A stretch of 64,000 nt of DNA from the human T2T-CHM13v2.0 reference genome, Homo sapiens. Position 1 is the first letter of the stretch. Every line of letters begins with the position of its first letter. The translations under genes were made by a program, and so were the position numbers. Of this stretch, positions 44,850 to 58,682 are shown piece by piece. Where the stretch lies: the NCBI RefSeq assembly GCF_009914755.1, contig NC_060934.1. One strand, 5' to 3'. The notes under the pieces were generated by a model. It did no database searches. It was given only the letters and a program-made list of their open reading frames with translations, and was not told where the DNA came from.

Positions 44850-45830
44850 GCGGGTGAGAATGTAAATTAGTTCAGCCACTGTGGAAAGCAGTTTGAAGAT
44901 TTCTCAAAGAACTTAAAACAGAATTACCATTTGACCCAGCAATGTCATTACTGGGTACATACACAAAGAAAAAGAAATCATTCTACAAAAAAAGATACCT
45001 GCACTCATATGTTTCTCACAGCACTATTCACAATAGCAAAGACATAGAATCAACCTAGGTGCCCATCAAGGGTGGATTCAATAAAGAAAATGTGGTACAT
45101 ATACAGTGATACAGTTTCACTGTGTCCCCACCCAAATCTCATCTGGAATTGTAGCTCCCATAATCCCCACATGTCACAGGAGGGACCGAGAGGGAGGTAA
45201 CTGAATCATGGGGGCGGGTGTTTCCTGTGCTGTTCTCCTGATAGTGAATAAGTCTCATATGATCTGTTGGTTTTATAAAGGGCAGTTCCCCAGCACTTCA
45301 CCTTGATGCTGCCATGTGAAGAACAACGTGTTTGCTTCCCCTTCCACCATAATCATAAGTTTCCTGGGGCCTCTCCAGCCGTGCTCAACTGTGAGCCAAT
45401 TAAACCTCTTTTCTTTATAAATTACCCAGTCTCAGGTATGTCTTTCTTAGCAGCATGAGAACAGACTAATACACACACCGTGGAATACTATGCAGCCATG
45501 AAAAAGAATGAACTCATGTCTTTGCAGCAACATGGATGCAGCTGGAGGCCATTATCCTAACCAAATTAACGCAGAAACAGAAAACCAAATACTGCATTTT
45601 CTCGCTTATAACCGAGACCCAAACATTGGGTACACATGGGCACAAAGGTGGAAACAAAAAACACTGGGGATTCTAAAAATAGGGAGAGAGGAAGGAAGAG
45701 GAGAAAGGGTTGAAAAACTGCCTATGAGGAACTATGTTTACTACTTGGGTGACAGAATCATTAGAAGCCCAATATACCCATATAATAAGCCTATACCTGT
45801 ACCCCCCTGAATCTAAAGTTAAAAATAAAC
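44850..45830 (+). mobile_element. L1PB-type 3' end, split by THE1
   Basis: aatgtaaattagttcagccactgtggaaagcagttt...caacctaggtgcccatca | ctttgcagcaacatggatgcagctggaggcc...gtaccccctgaatctaaa. Confidence 0.88.
45107..45473 (+). mobile_element. THE1 MaLR solo LTR (THE1C-like)
   Basis: tgatacagttt...tgtgtccccacccaaatctcatc...gactaataca; degenerate TSD tacag/cacac. Confidence 0.93.
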
Positions 45831-46019
45831 AGACCCACTCACTGCCTTCATAGAGCATACTTTTTCTTAACCATTCGAGATAGCTAATTCATCCACTTTA
45901 TGCTTTCTCTTATTACCTTCAATTTCAAAAATTACCTTTTTCACTAGGTCTTAAAATTGTGGAAATGGGTGCTATATTTCCTAAGTGCTGCCTTATCATT
46001 GAGGAAAATTCGTGAAGTT

Positions 46020-46378
46020 ATATTCTTTCTGCTGAGAAATAAAATAATATAGACCAGACTGTAAGTTTCCTGAGGCCTTCCCAGCCATGCTCAACTGTGA
46101 GTCAATTAAACCTCTTTTCTTTACAAATTACCCAGTCTCAGGTATATCTTTATGAGCAGCGTGAGAATGGACTAATGCATACACCGTGGAAATGGGGATA
46201 TTATTTCTGCTGAGAAACGAAATAGTAAAGGCCAGATTGTAAGTTTCCTGAGGCCTTCCCAGCCATGCTCAACTGTGAGTCAATTAAACCTCTTTTCTTT
46301 ATAAATTACCCAGCCTCAGTTATGTCTTTATTAGCAGCGTGAAAACGGACAAATACATGGACAAGGAAATGGGGATAA
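46020..46378 (+). repeat. Two-copy tandem repeat (period 178 bp) containing the THE1 3' end
   Basis: tttctgctgagaaa at 46026 and 46204; gtaagtttcctgaggcc at 46061 and 46239. Confidence 0.92.
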
Positions 46379-47259
46379 AGTCAACTCAGTTTGACTTCTA
46401 CTTCCCTAAAAAGGGCAGAGACTCTCATCCCCTTTCTCTTAACTACTGAGTCATCTTGAAATCTAGATAACCACTAGCCGTAAAGTCCCCTAAATAGAAA
46501 CATACCAAAGCCTGAATAAACCATTGATCTAAAAGCCGGCAAAATCTTCTTTATCCTCACCTATATAACTGGTGTTTGTAACACATTTGCTAAAATTTGT
46601 TTAAATTTCTCTGTCTGGAATCATAGTGTTAAGAACAGCGGGTAAAAAGCGTTATGATCTTCACTTGACAGACACTACGTGTTAGAATTTTCGTTAGTAG
46701 TACCTTGCTGTAGTAATCAACTGTTAAATTTACCGTTTAAGAAATTACCTTAAAATGTCTACTCTTTAAAACATTGAGATAAATGCTTACTGATGCAATA
46801 CGCTTCCTTTTTTACTTACAAGAAGAGTTGGGAGTATACAGGATTCAGCAAATTTCTGTAGATACTAGAATTTCGATAATGGAAATAAATTGTCACACAG
46901 GGTTCAGTCTCAGGAGAATGTAATTTTGATATACTTTCATTTGGGCTGTATTTGAGCTTATTTTTAGGCAGTGAGTCATTTTGAGTTGAAATATTGTTGT
47001 ATGCCCCAGGAGGAGATGGTTGCCAAACTCTTGCTTAGGAAAGGAAAACAGCAGCTCATTCACTCATCCAAAGCATAGGGCAAAGAACAAATGCCAACCA
47101 AATTGGAGTCTTTTCCCTGGCTTTCATTCATTGATGTGGTTAAACGCAGGCTGCAGTGAGCAAAAAATATCTGATATGATTTTGGAAGGGCAGTAAAGCA
47201 GCCAACAAAGACTGTGGTGCTATCCATGATATAGGTCCCTTAATTTTAAAAAATCTAGA

Positions 47260-47469
47260 GTACTTTTGTCCAATGTAACTTTCTACGAGTATGGAAATAT
47301 TCTTTCTCTATCAGTGTTGTTCAATATGATAGACACTAGACACATGTGGCTAGAAACCATTTGTAATGTGACAAGTGCAGCTGAGAAACTTAATTTTTAA
47401 TTTCATTCAATTTAAATTAATTTAAATTTAAATAGCCTTGTCTTGCTGGTGGCTACAGTATTGAACAGG
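47260..47469. mobile_element. MER3-like hAT-Charlie MITE
   Basis: tgtccaat..aactttct...atggaaatattct...cacatgtggcta...ttaatttaaatttaaatagcc...gtggctac.gtattgaacag; tctaga on both flanks. Confidence 0.85.
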
Positions 47470-47569
47470 TCTAGAGAGAAAATCATCACTCACAATAGGA
47501 TTAGCCTTGTGGAGAATAAAGTTACTAAAGACTGACTATATGAAATGAGAAAATAGATTTAAGAGAAAC

Positions 47570-47738
47570 TTGGAGTTAGTAAAAGTGGATATCTATCTCA
47601 AAGCATGACAAGCTGGGTTCAAATCTCAGTTCTACTACTCACTGATTTTGTGAACGTCATCAACCTGTTATGCCTTCCGCAGCCTCACTGTCCTACTTTG
47701 TAAAACAAATTAATAAATATAGCAGTGCTCAATAAATT
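47570..47738 (+). mobile_element. MIR SINE
   Basis: ctgggttcaaatctcagttctactact...gcctcactgtcctactttgtaaaa...gtgctcaataaat. Confidence 0.75.
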
Positions 47739-47869
47739 CCCCTTTAGGAAAATATAGCATTCTCAGAATATTTTACCCTTAGTAAAAGAAAAAAAAATGG
47801 CTAAATAGTTGACATGTGATTTTAAAACACAGTTTGAAGTGAACTTTTTTATCAATAGTAACATAGCTA

Positions 47870-48420
<551 letters not shown>

Positions 48421-48639
48421 TCACACAGTATGGTAGCAAGAACTGTCACATCCGTTTCTGGAAATAAAGTGTACTAAATATTCTGATAAACCCTCCCACT
48501 ACAAAATACCTAGCATACTAGAAAATATATAACAATCCTCCTGCTAAATGTGTACCTGAGCATGCACACCTGTAAGAGAAACCCCAGTGGTCAAACATGA
48601 AGAGAATGCTACAACATAATTGGTAAGTGAAGAAGACCC

Positions 48640-49710
48640 ATGGTTTCTTACATATGACAACTAAAGTACAAAGAAGCACAGAAATTGGATTTCATCAGAA
48701 TTAAAACTTTTTTATTGCAAGAGACAGGATGAATAAAGTGAGAAAACAACTTACAAAATGGGAGAAAATATTTGTAAACATTAGCTTAATACCCCAAATA
48801 TACAAGGAAGTCTTACAACTCAACAATAAAAAGACAACCCCATTTTTTAAAATGGACAACAGATTTGAATGCACATTTTTCCAAAGATGATATTCAAATA
48901 GCCAATATGCATATGAAAAGATACTCATTATTGTTAGTCACTAGAGAAATGAAAATCAAAACTACGGTGAGTTACCATTTTATACTCACCATATGCCTAT
49001 AATAAGAAAAGATAGACAATAATAGCTGCAGGCAAGAATGTGGAGAAATTTATACTCTTATACATTGCTGGTAGAAATGTAAAAATAGCGCAGCTCTTTT
49101 GTAAAAACAATTTGGTGGTTACTCAAAAGTTAAAGATAGAGTTACCATATGACCCAGCAATTCCACTCCTCAGTATATACTCAAGGGAAATGAAAAATTC
49201 TCTATATCCACACAACAGTGTGTATATCTATATTTAAAGCAATACTATTCATAATAAACCGAAAGTGGAAAAAACCCAAATGCCTGTGAACTTATGAATT
49301 ATTAGACAATACATACTATATTTGCACAGTGGAATATTATTCAGCCATAAAAAAGAATGGCATTTTGATACATTCCACAACATGGATGAACCTTGAAAAC
49401 ATTATGCTAAGTAAAAGAAGCCAGTCATAGAAGACCCTCATTGTACAATTTATTTTGCAGAAAATGCCCAGAATAGGCAAATCCATAGAGATGGAAAGTA
49501 GATTCGTGGTTGTATCAAGCAGGGGGATGCGAGGCACGGGAAGTGATGTTAATGGGTGTGAGTTTCTTTTGGGGATGATGAAAACGTTCTGAAATAACAC
49601 AGTGATGACAGGTATTAGCTTTGTGAAAATACTAAAATTCACTTAATGGTATACTTTAAAGGAGTGAATTCTAAGGTATATGAATTCTATCTCAATAAAA
49701 GAAAAATAGA
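48640..49710 (+). mobile_element. L1MB-type 3' end
   Basis: ORF track KLKIELPYDPAIPLL; acaacatggatgaaccttgaaaacattatgctaagt...aataggcaaatccatagaga...tctcaataaa. Confidence 0.88.
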
Positions 49711-50187
49711 AGTCAATGCCACCTTGAAGAATCTGCTTACTAAGATTTTAATGGAAAGAAAAGACAAAATATTGGTAAATTAAAACTAAGATCTTTGCCT
49801 AAAGCCTAGGACATCAAACAGCTAGGGAGGACTAGGAAATACCTACTTAATGGAATTACTTGTGTGTCCCAGAACAGGCAAAGACAAGAAATTGATGCTG
49901 GGTTATGGTCCCATGGAATCCTGGCAGAAGAACACACAGCCTCCTGGGAAGAAAGCATCCTCAAGCCAGGCTCTCATGCTCTCCACAGACTAAGACCAGC
50001 CAAATTTAAACTCCCAATTTAAAGTTACTGAATACTAAAAGAAATTATCAATGTTGACCAAAAGCCTGCAGAAACAACAAAAAGGCACAATTAGAACCAT
50101 CAAGAATACCACGTACTGGAATTACCAGACACAGAAATAAGATTAACCATTACAAGATTAAAGTGACCAACATATTTGCAGAAAAAT

Positions 50188-50303
50188 AAAGAAAGAAAGA
50201 AAGAAAGAAAGAAATAAGAAAGAAGGAAAAAGAAAGAAAGAAAGAAAAGAAAGAAAGAGAAAAGAAAAGAAAGAAGGAAGGAAGGAAGAAAGGAAGGAAG
50301 GAA
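50188..50303. repeat. (GAAA)n/(GGAA)n polypurine tract
   Basis: Directly visible. Confidence 0.93.
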
Positions 50304-50784
50304 ACAGTTGAGCTTATAGAAATGGATATGTATATATTCATAAAAATGTAAAAATATGTAACTGGTCATTTAAATCGGATTACTATACCCAAAGAGAAAA
50401 TTTGTTAACTAAAAAAATTATGGGAAAAAATACCTAACGTGCAGCATAGAAATAACAATATAGAGAAAAAAGGAGAGAAAAGAGACATGGAAGATGGAAA
50501 AAAATAAAGGTGGAATGCACATCTAATTAGGGTTCAAAAAGGGAGAAACAGAATGAGGATGAGAAAATATTAGTGCATGGCTGAGAATTTTTGAAAACTG
50601 ATGAGATTTGGGGAGCATAATTATAAAAAAAGAAATTAAAATAATATGGAAGAGAGATTGCCTACAGAAAAGTGACCGTGAGACTGGAAACAGTTGTCTC
50701 AACAACAATCACAGGACTGAAGTAACCGACTGATTATTTCAAAGTAAAGGGTAAAAATAACTTTTAATAAAAAATTATCTTCTA

Positions 50785-51099
<315 letters not shown>

Positions 51100-52856
51100 C
51101 TATCAATCCAGAACAATGTTGAATAAACATATTTGAGGCAAGCAGAAGCAGGTTTGAATTTCTAATATATGTTCCCTAAAAATTTCACAAGTAAGGTTAA
51201 GATGCAAAAAGTATCGGTAAGCAAAGAAATCACTAAACATTTAGGAAAATGAGAGGCATCCATTGCTGGCTTTGCAGTTATGTGGGTCAACAGGCATTCA
51301 TCAGGTAAGACATTCATGAACTGCCCACGGGACTAAAATTTGCTCCCAATATTATCAATGGATACCCAGAATAGCCTGGGTTTTTAACCATTCCAGCGTG
51401 TGTGTGTGCATGTGTGTGTGTATGTTTCTCACGGGCTCAAGAATGCCTAACAATATTTTCATTTTAATTCAATGGTTTTTTTTTTGTTCCATTGCCAGAA
51501 TCATACAGTGAGTTCATCTAACTCTGAATGGGCAGCACCTGCTCTGTTTCACACACAGATTCTACCTACCCGGTGGTATGACCAGTGACAGGTACTTCCA
51601 GACCTCTAAAAATCATGTGATCCTAGAATTGCAAATGAATTTACAATTGATGATTCAAGCTTCAGTGATCATGGGAAACAAAGACTTTATTCAAATCCAC
51701 AGTCTCTTCCTACTGTGAGATAGTGACTGCATTTTAAACTATAACTGAAATTATCACAAACCACTGGGTTTTAAAAGAGTTAAGCTCTAGACTTGTGATA
51801 TAGGATATGCAGTCATTAAATTATCTTATTTATTTGCAACCCATAGATTCCATGATTTCTCACAATCAGTAGTTTATTGAAAGTAACAGAACTAAGAGAA
51901 GAATTTTGCTCACTGAGTGGGAAAAGCACCTTCCAGAGTCCCCAGAGTTCAAGATAAGGTGTATGCTACTGTGAGTTAAGTTTTCTTTCAACTATAGTCA
52001 CTGCTGAATTCAGTGGTATCCACCTACAACAAGTTTGTCATCTTTAAGGTAGACAGGAACAAAACAAATGATTAACCCGAGTAGAATTTTTAGCCTCTCA
52101 AAAATATGTCAGAAAGGAATATGGTCTAACAGTTGTCTCCATTCTGTGATATAATTTTAGGTAGAAAATAAAATCTTAGAAATTACGTTAACTCTGCTAT
52201 TGAAAAGATCACCTCACACCATCAACCAGTCAATCAATAAATACCTAAGTACATTTTAAAAATATGCAGGTGAGACTGGCTATTCCAAATCACGAAGATC
52301 ATTTGGAAGAAGCTGCCTTATTAATAACCTTAGGGTACTTCCCCGACAGTGCCTTTATGCACAGAGCCTTCAAAATACATTGCAAAACATTTATTTTTTA
52401 TTAGCCTACCATTTGTTTAATTTCTTTTGGCAGTTGTGATTTTTACAGTATAGATGATGTGACCAATTTATGTTTTCCTAATTGGACAGTTAACTATTCT
52501 TGTATATATTAATTTTGCACAATGCCTAAATGTTTCCAGAGAACTCTGATGAACTAAATAAACCAACACATAATCCAACTTATGATTCATGCATCATTCA
52601 TCTGCTACCGATTCCAATATCCCCTCGCTTCCTTGGTGTGCATGAGTTAGCAGAATATACATGGAGAAAAACAAAGCTATAATAATGCTTTGTATTGGAT
52701 GTCCTGTGGCTGGCTGATAATTAATATTAGCAGGTTATATTTCCATTAGAGAAAGAGTTATGCGATATTCAGTTGTTTGGCTCAATGCCTTCCATTTTGT
52801 GTTTTGAGGCACACTAACTGCAGTTACCCAACTCATGATACTGAAGCCTATCAGTT

Positions 52857-52925
52857 CCTCCCCGCCCCACTCAATTAGGGGTAGCTAGCCTTCAGTGGGC
52901 CGGGTGGGGCGGGGGCGAGGGAAGG
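52857..52925. promoter_or_regulatory. Two opposed GC-boxes with a canonical G4 motif
   Basis: ctccccgccccc and gggccgggtggggcgggggcgaggg; AP-1 site tgagtca at 52963-52969. Confidence 0.4.
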
Positions 52926-53119
52926 AGACCCTGTAACTCTTCTAATTTTTGCAGCTGGAGTGTGAGTCAGTTTAGCCTCTCAGAGACCTGGAAATATAGG
53001 CATTTGCTTTCATTCATGCCTCTGTTGAAATCACCCAATTCTTGCAACAAAGATACATTTCCCATACAAGAATAATAGTGTGAAATTCAGAAATATTTTG
53101 AAAATCTACTTTGGAAATT

Positions 53120-53436
53120 TTTATTATTTTTTTTTGTTTTTTTTCTTTTTTTTTTTTTTTGTTTTTAGCTTTGCTCTATTACCCAGGCTGGAGTATAGGG
53201 CCACAATCTTGGCCCACTGCAACCTCTGCCTCCCAGGCTCAAGTGCCTGTCTCAGCCTCCCAAGTAGCTGGGACCACAGGCACAGACCACCATACCTTGC
53301 TAATTTTTTGTATTTTTCAGTAGAAATGGGTTTTGCCATGTTGCCCAGGCTGATCTCAAACTCCTGAGCTCAAGTAATCCCCCTGCCTTGGCCTCCCAAA
53401 GTGTTGTGATTACATGTGTGAACCACCACACCAGTC
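53120..53436 (-). mobile_element. AluJ-type SINE
   Basis: Antisense dimer with gttgcccaggctg...ctcctgagctcaag. Confidence 0.92.
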
Positions 53437-53887
53437 CTAGAAATGTTTTACAGGCCTTTAGTGCTATGCAAATATCAGACACATATGAAACAAACTTCAT
53501 AAGAAGTTTAATATTAGTGTCCTGAATTTTGGTTATTGTTCCTAAACCTTTAAGTGTCGAAAGATTCTCTGATGTAAACTTCTAGTCAAACATGTCCCAA
53601 GAAGTTATGTTAAAAATAGGGAACTGGGAATACTGGTGATTCTTATCTAATATATTCTACCCAAGGATTAGAGAAAATGTAAAATTACCTTCAATTTTTA
53701 AATAGAAAATTTAAAATTACCTATTATTAGAAACACCAATAGGCAAAATTTGCTCATTGTCTTTTGTTTGATTTAAATACTTCCTTACCCAGAACTAAAT
53801 TAGTTTTGGGCCAAACCAAATTACAAACAAATCTAATCGTCTCTTGTACAGAATAGGTCATCAGGAAGCCTGGGGGAAGCCAACGTA

Positions 53888-53901
53888 TTGCCATCTGCTG
53901 G
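53888..53901 (-). promoter_or_regulatory. Candidate CTCF core motif
   Basis: Reverse strand reads CCAGCAGATGGCAA. Confidence 0.45.
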
Positions 53902-54221
53902 TTGGTCTTCTGAGGTTTCATGATCTGGCTAGGCTTTTGAAGGTCACGTTCAAAATCTAAATCTCCACAAATAAATTTAGGATTAGAAGGTGAGAAATGA
54001 CCCATTTTGTTTTATTTTATTAATGTTTATTTCTAGGCCACAGCTTGAAAATCAAAGGTATTTAGGTGAGTCAGAGATATCGTGGCTTTACTAAGTGGTT
54101 TGTTCATCTCTCTTCACTGTTAATTTTCTTTTAAATTGCTATGTATTTGAGAGTAGCCAGACCAACAGTGGACAGGGGAGATCAGGGACAGGGGAAGAAA
54201 AGAAAAAACTGCTGGCTAGCA

Positions 54222-54236
54222 CCTGTAGGGGGTGAC
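54222..54236 (+). promoter_or_regulatory. Weaker candidate CTCF motif
   Basis: CCTGTAGGGGGTGAC, two mismatches to the core consensus. Confidence 0.3.
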
Positions 54237-55389
54237 ACCACTTATGAGACACATGTCTTGAGGCATTTCAAATGATTCTTGGCAGGTGTATCATAAACAG
54301 ATCCTCAGCCTATGCCAGGGTGCCTGGCCGTTGTAATTAAAGTTACATTATAAAAAGCTCCTGCTGTTTCCTTCTTCTGAAAAATGCTGACAGAGGTTTC
54401 CTCAGACAACTATGACAGTGTTTCCAACACCTCTGCCTATGCTATTCCTGTGGCTGCAAACAACAGCATCCACCTTTACATGAGTTGCAATGCAAATGAG
54501 GGAGGCAGTGAGATGCAACCAGCATAATTAGAGATGAGACAGGACAGTGTGCTTTCGGGTCAGGGGTCAGCCTCTGTGGAAAGCGACAAGAAACAGCAAA
54601 GCCATTTAGTTAGCTTTTTAAAACTCAAAAGAGAAAGCACTTTTCTGAACTAGGAATAATCTCAGACTATAATATCCTGAGTATGGACAAAGGTCGCCAA
54701 AGCTTAGGGATATGAGGCTGTCAGTGTGAGATTCAAAGAGGTAATGCAATTTTATTTCACAGAAAATTTTAGGAATCCGGTAGAGAGCTATCTATCTGGA
54801 ATGGTTAAATCCCTGGAAATAGAGGAATAAATTAAAATGACCTCTTGAAGAACTTGCAGTCATATAATTATAAATGATAAATGTGTGTAATAATGCTTTG
54901 GTACTCTGTATCTAAATTTAATACTCCTAAGAACTAACAATAGTGACAAAAGATAGCAGCTGCTTTGTGGATCAAAATACCAGCTTCCCCTTCACTAGAA
55001 GACAATATTAGATACTTTTCTTTAAGTGCAGATGAGATGCCTAAGGAAACGTGGAGGTAATAGCAAATATTATAACTACGTAGGAAAAGCGCACTGAAAC
55101 TGAAATATTATAAGTAGGCAGGAAAGAGCACTGAAATTTTGTCTTATATATTCTGTCTACCCTCTTCAGTCTTGACATGCCAGCCTACGTAACTTTGGTG
55201 AGATTGTCTGCAGACTTATTTTAACTACAGGCTCACAAAATCTCGCCATAAAGGGAATCGTCTTAAATTGTCTAACACAAGCTAGTTACCGTCAGATTAA
55301 GTTGCCTTAAATAAAAAATGTTTTCATTTAAATAACTAAAACTGCAACATTTCTCCTCTTTCCATTTGCTTATAAAACCCCTTTCGGTG

Positions 55390-55570
55390 GTCATTCATTC
55401 ATTTATTCTCACCAAAATGTTTATTGAGTTATTTACCCTGTGCCAGAGACAGATCAAGGTACTGGACATACAAAAGTGAATAAGCCAGACTCAGTTTCCG
55501 TCCCCTATAAAATGCAGTTTAGTCAAGAAGTCACATAATAAATAAACAAATCAATAAATAAGTAGGAGGT
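55390..55570 (-). mobile_element. L2 3' end
   Basis: tcattcattcattt...tgtttattgag...tgtgccaga...agtgaataagccagac. Confidence 0.75.
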
Positions 55571-56029
55571 ATAAAAATGAACAAATCAGGACTGCTCTAG
55601 GATATTGTCATTCAAAAGTGTATACACACAATTCTGTAATAAATAAGCAATACAGCCTTGTGCAAAAACACCACAGAAGACGTTAAAAAGGATGGCCTTT
55701 GACATTTGATTTTCTTTATGTGTAAACTTCCCTTTTTGTAAATTTAAGATAATTTTTACATGAACTTCATGACCAAGGTTCTGTGACAGGAATATTCAGT
55801 TTTATAATAAAGAACACAAATTTAGGTTTCTGGAAGTTAGCATACTTTTACCCTATAGAGTTTTAAGAGTTTTAAGCTTTATAGAGTTTTAAGCTTTTCC
55901 TCCACCATATCTGGGTCTGTTCTGACTTAGAGCCCCTGGGGCCCCCTGCTGTCTTCAAAGACTATTCATCCTCACTACACAGCATTTGGAGGGGAGACTA
56001 AAATTCTAAATATTATTGGAGGGATGATA

Positions 56030-56755
56030 CATTAAAAAGGACAGAAAATATCAAGTGTTTGCAAGGATACGGAGTAACTGGAGCTTCATACTCTGCTAGG
56101 AGTGTAGTGTACAACCACTTCGGAAGATTGATTGGCAGAATATTCACATATCCTATGATCTACCAATTTCACCTTTAGTAATACACACAACAAAAAAGAG
56201 CATATATGTTCAAGAAAAGACAGATACTAGAATTTTTGTCAGATGAGAAAGTACAGGAAATAAGAAAAAGACAAAAGAATTTTTGTAGCAGCATTGTGTG
56301 TAATAGCTAAAGGCTATAAACCTCTCAAATGTCCATCAACTGTTGAATGGATAAATTGTGATAAATTCACAAAATACAACACTACTCAGCAATCAGAAGG
56401 AAGAAACTATAGCTCCAAGCAACAATATGGGTAAATGTCACAGATGTAATATTGAGCAAAAACATCCAGGCACTCAAAAAAAGCTAATATAATATGATTC
56501 TACTTACATGAAACAGAAAAGGAGGGAATAAGAATTAATGCCAAGAGAAAAGAGAAAACTGGTTACATCTGGGGTCATTGTAACTGGAGGAAAGAAAACA
56601 AAAGTTTTGTAGGTCACTGTTACTATTATTTTACTGGGAGCTGGTTACATTGACATTCATTTAAGGAACACTCATCCATATGCGCACTTATATATAACAT
56701 AAAAGTTTTGTATGCATCAATAAAATATTTCAAGTGAATATTTTTATTAAAAAAA
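56030..56755 (+). mobile_element. L1ME-type 3' end
   Basis: atatcaagtgtttgcaaggat...gtacaaccacttcggaa...caaatgtccatcaac.gt.gaatggataaattgtg. Confidence 0.78.
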
Positions 56756-57984
56756 TACTAAGAAGCATTAGTATTCCTAGGTCTCCTGGTCTGTCCTAAG
56801 AGTTAATACCCTTGGGCCTGCCTGAACCTCATGAAAATCTGCATTCTTCTTCCTACCCTCTGTGAAAACCAACCAATTTTGGAATAATTTGACAAGTTTT
56901 TCTTTGTTATTGTCCTTTCTTTATCCCCACCATAGTTCATGCATTCACTTTAAAGTCACACTGTGTAACGATTTACAACTAAAAATCCATTATTTTAATT
57001 GACAAGTTTCGATAGCAGATTGCAGCGTGTTGCTATTTCTGCTACTTGCTCGGCAGACAGGAGCACTTTGAGGGCTCTATTAATAGTAGTTTTAGAAATA
57101 GCAGGTGAGAAACTCTACTTCTAGGGAATAAATAGTAACTTTGGGATGGAACAACGTTTGGGAATGAGGGGCCAGGGTAAGGTACCATTGCCATCTAAAA
57201 GGCCTGCCAATGAAATGAAATTAAATGATGCCTAAAAGCATCTGCAAGCTTGCTTAAAACGGAAAACACTCTCTCATCTCTTCCTCCTTAAGTCCCTTAA
57301 TGATTTCCCATGATCTTCCTCCATCCAATTTTCCTTCTCTTGGATTTGATTTCAAAGGGTACTCCATGCCATTTCTCTACAGTCCAGCATGGTATTCAAG
57401 AGGCCTCCTCCTTGTGTTTGGTAATATTCATTTTAGTAACAAAACTCGCAGTATTCTTTTCATTCTAGTAGCTTAACGTTGAATTACAGTTTCAACTCTA
57501 CTTAAAAGGATTCCTTTAAGTAGCCTTGTTAAATCATGAATGGAGAAAACTCAGTTTGATGCTATTTTTCGAGCCCCGGATATCCAGCCCCCCACTATCT
57601 TTTCTGCCTTCTCCATCAGTTTTCCTGTTTTCTCCAGAATAATTAGAAAGGAGTGATTGAACTCCCGTTTCACTTGAGCTGGCATCCTTGGAAGTTCTTC
57701 CCTATGAGGCTAAACATCTGCCTAGGTATTTCCATGTTTCGTTCTGGCTGTGATGTGATGCTGTATAAAATAGATGTCCCAGTAAACTTATTAACAAAAC
57801 AGCAGCTTGACAGCTGGTATAAGCAGACAACCAGCACACTAAGAGTTCCAATGTATTCTTAGCTTTTCTGCTCTACTGTGGGAGAAAATCTAGTTATACT
57901 GGAGCAATTTGAAGGAAGACTCATATCTGAACATTAACACATACTTACCATCTCTTAATTCTAAGGGGTTTAAAGATGGTATGA

Positions 57985-58682
57985 TTGAAAACAGCCAGAT
58001 ATTGCGACAACCTGTATCAACATAGCTTATCTTTTGAGACTAAGAACTGGGACCACCTATGGCAACGTACTTTGGCAGTTTGTTCTAGGAAGATAAAAAC
58101 CTTAAACAAATACAATACTTCCCTGTTTGCTTCAAGAAACTTGCAAACCAATTTTTCTAGGCTAACAGTTTGCTTGTGTGCACAAATAGCTCTCCTACTG
58201 AGACAATAGATTGCTCACTTGAGCAAACAGCTCTTTTCTACTTATTACAACTTGTGAGAACACTCTTATCTTGCTATATCCACAAATTCTATTTATGCCA
58301 CGAATTTGTCCAGTCCCAATCAGTTCCCTGCCTTGAAAGACCTGCCTTAATCCACTTGAGCTCAAACCACCAAACCATGTTCCTACTTCTACTCCTGACT
58401 TCCTTCTTCTGATAAACTACTAAGACTTTCTTTCTTTCTTCTTTATTTCTCCCTATGTATCCACCTGTTTATTTGCCAGTCTATCCATCTATCCATTCAT
58501 CTATTCATCTATCAATCCAGCCAGCCAGCCACCTACCTCTCTGTCTATAGATTGATCAATCAGTCGATCTATCTATCTATCGAAATGATGTTCTTTCTTA
58601 CTCCAGTAAATCTGACAAATTTGGCTTTGCTTGATCAAAGCAAAGTTTTTTTGGTGATCTCCTTGAGAATCTGTAATCGACA
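57985..58682 (+). mobile_element. Old ERV1-class LTR (MER90/MER110-like)
   Basis: cccaatcagttccctgccttgaaagacc...actaagact...gctttgcttgatcaa...ggtgatct...tcgaca; recalled similarity. Confidence 0.55.
58430..58582. repeat. Degenerate (TCCA)/(TCTA)/(CCAG)n tetranucleotide tract
   Basis: Directly visible. Confidence 0.85.

Noticed and set aside
55854-55898. Repeated agttttaag units
   Set aside because: Simple slippage microduplication with no spacer structure.
57030-57110. tgctatttct/agaaatagca inverted repeat and a CAG|GTGAGA donor-like site
   Set aside because: Short 10-bp stem with a long loop, and no convincing acceptor or reading frame; expected by chance.
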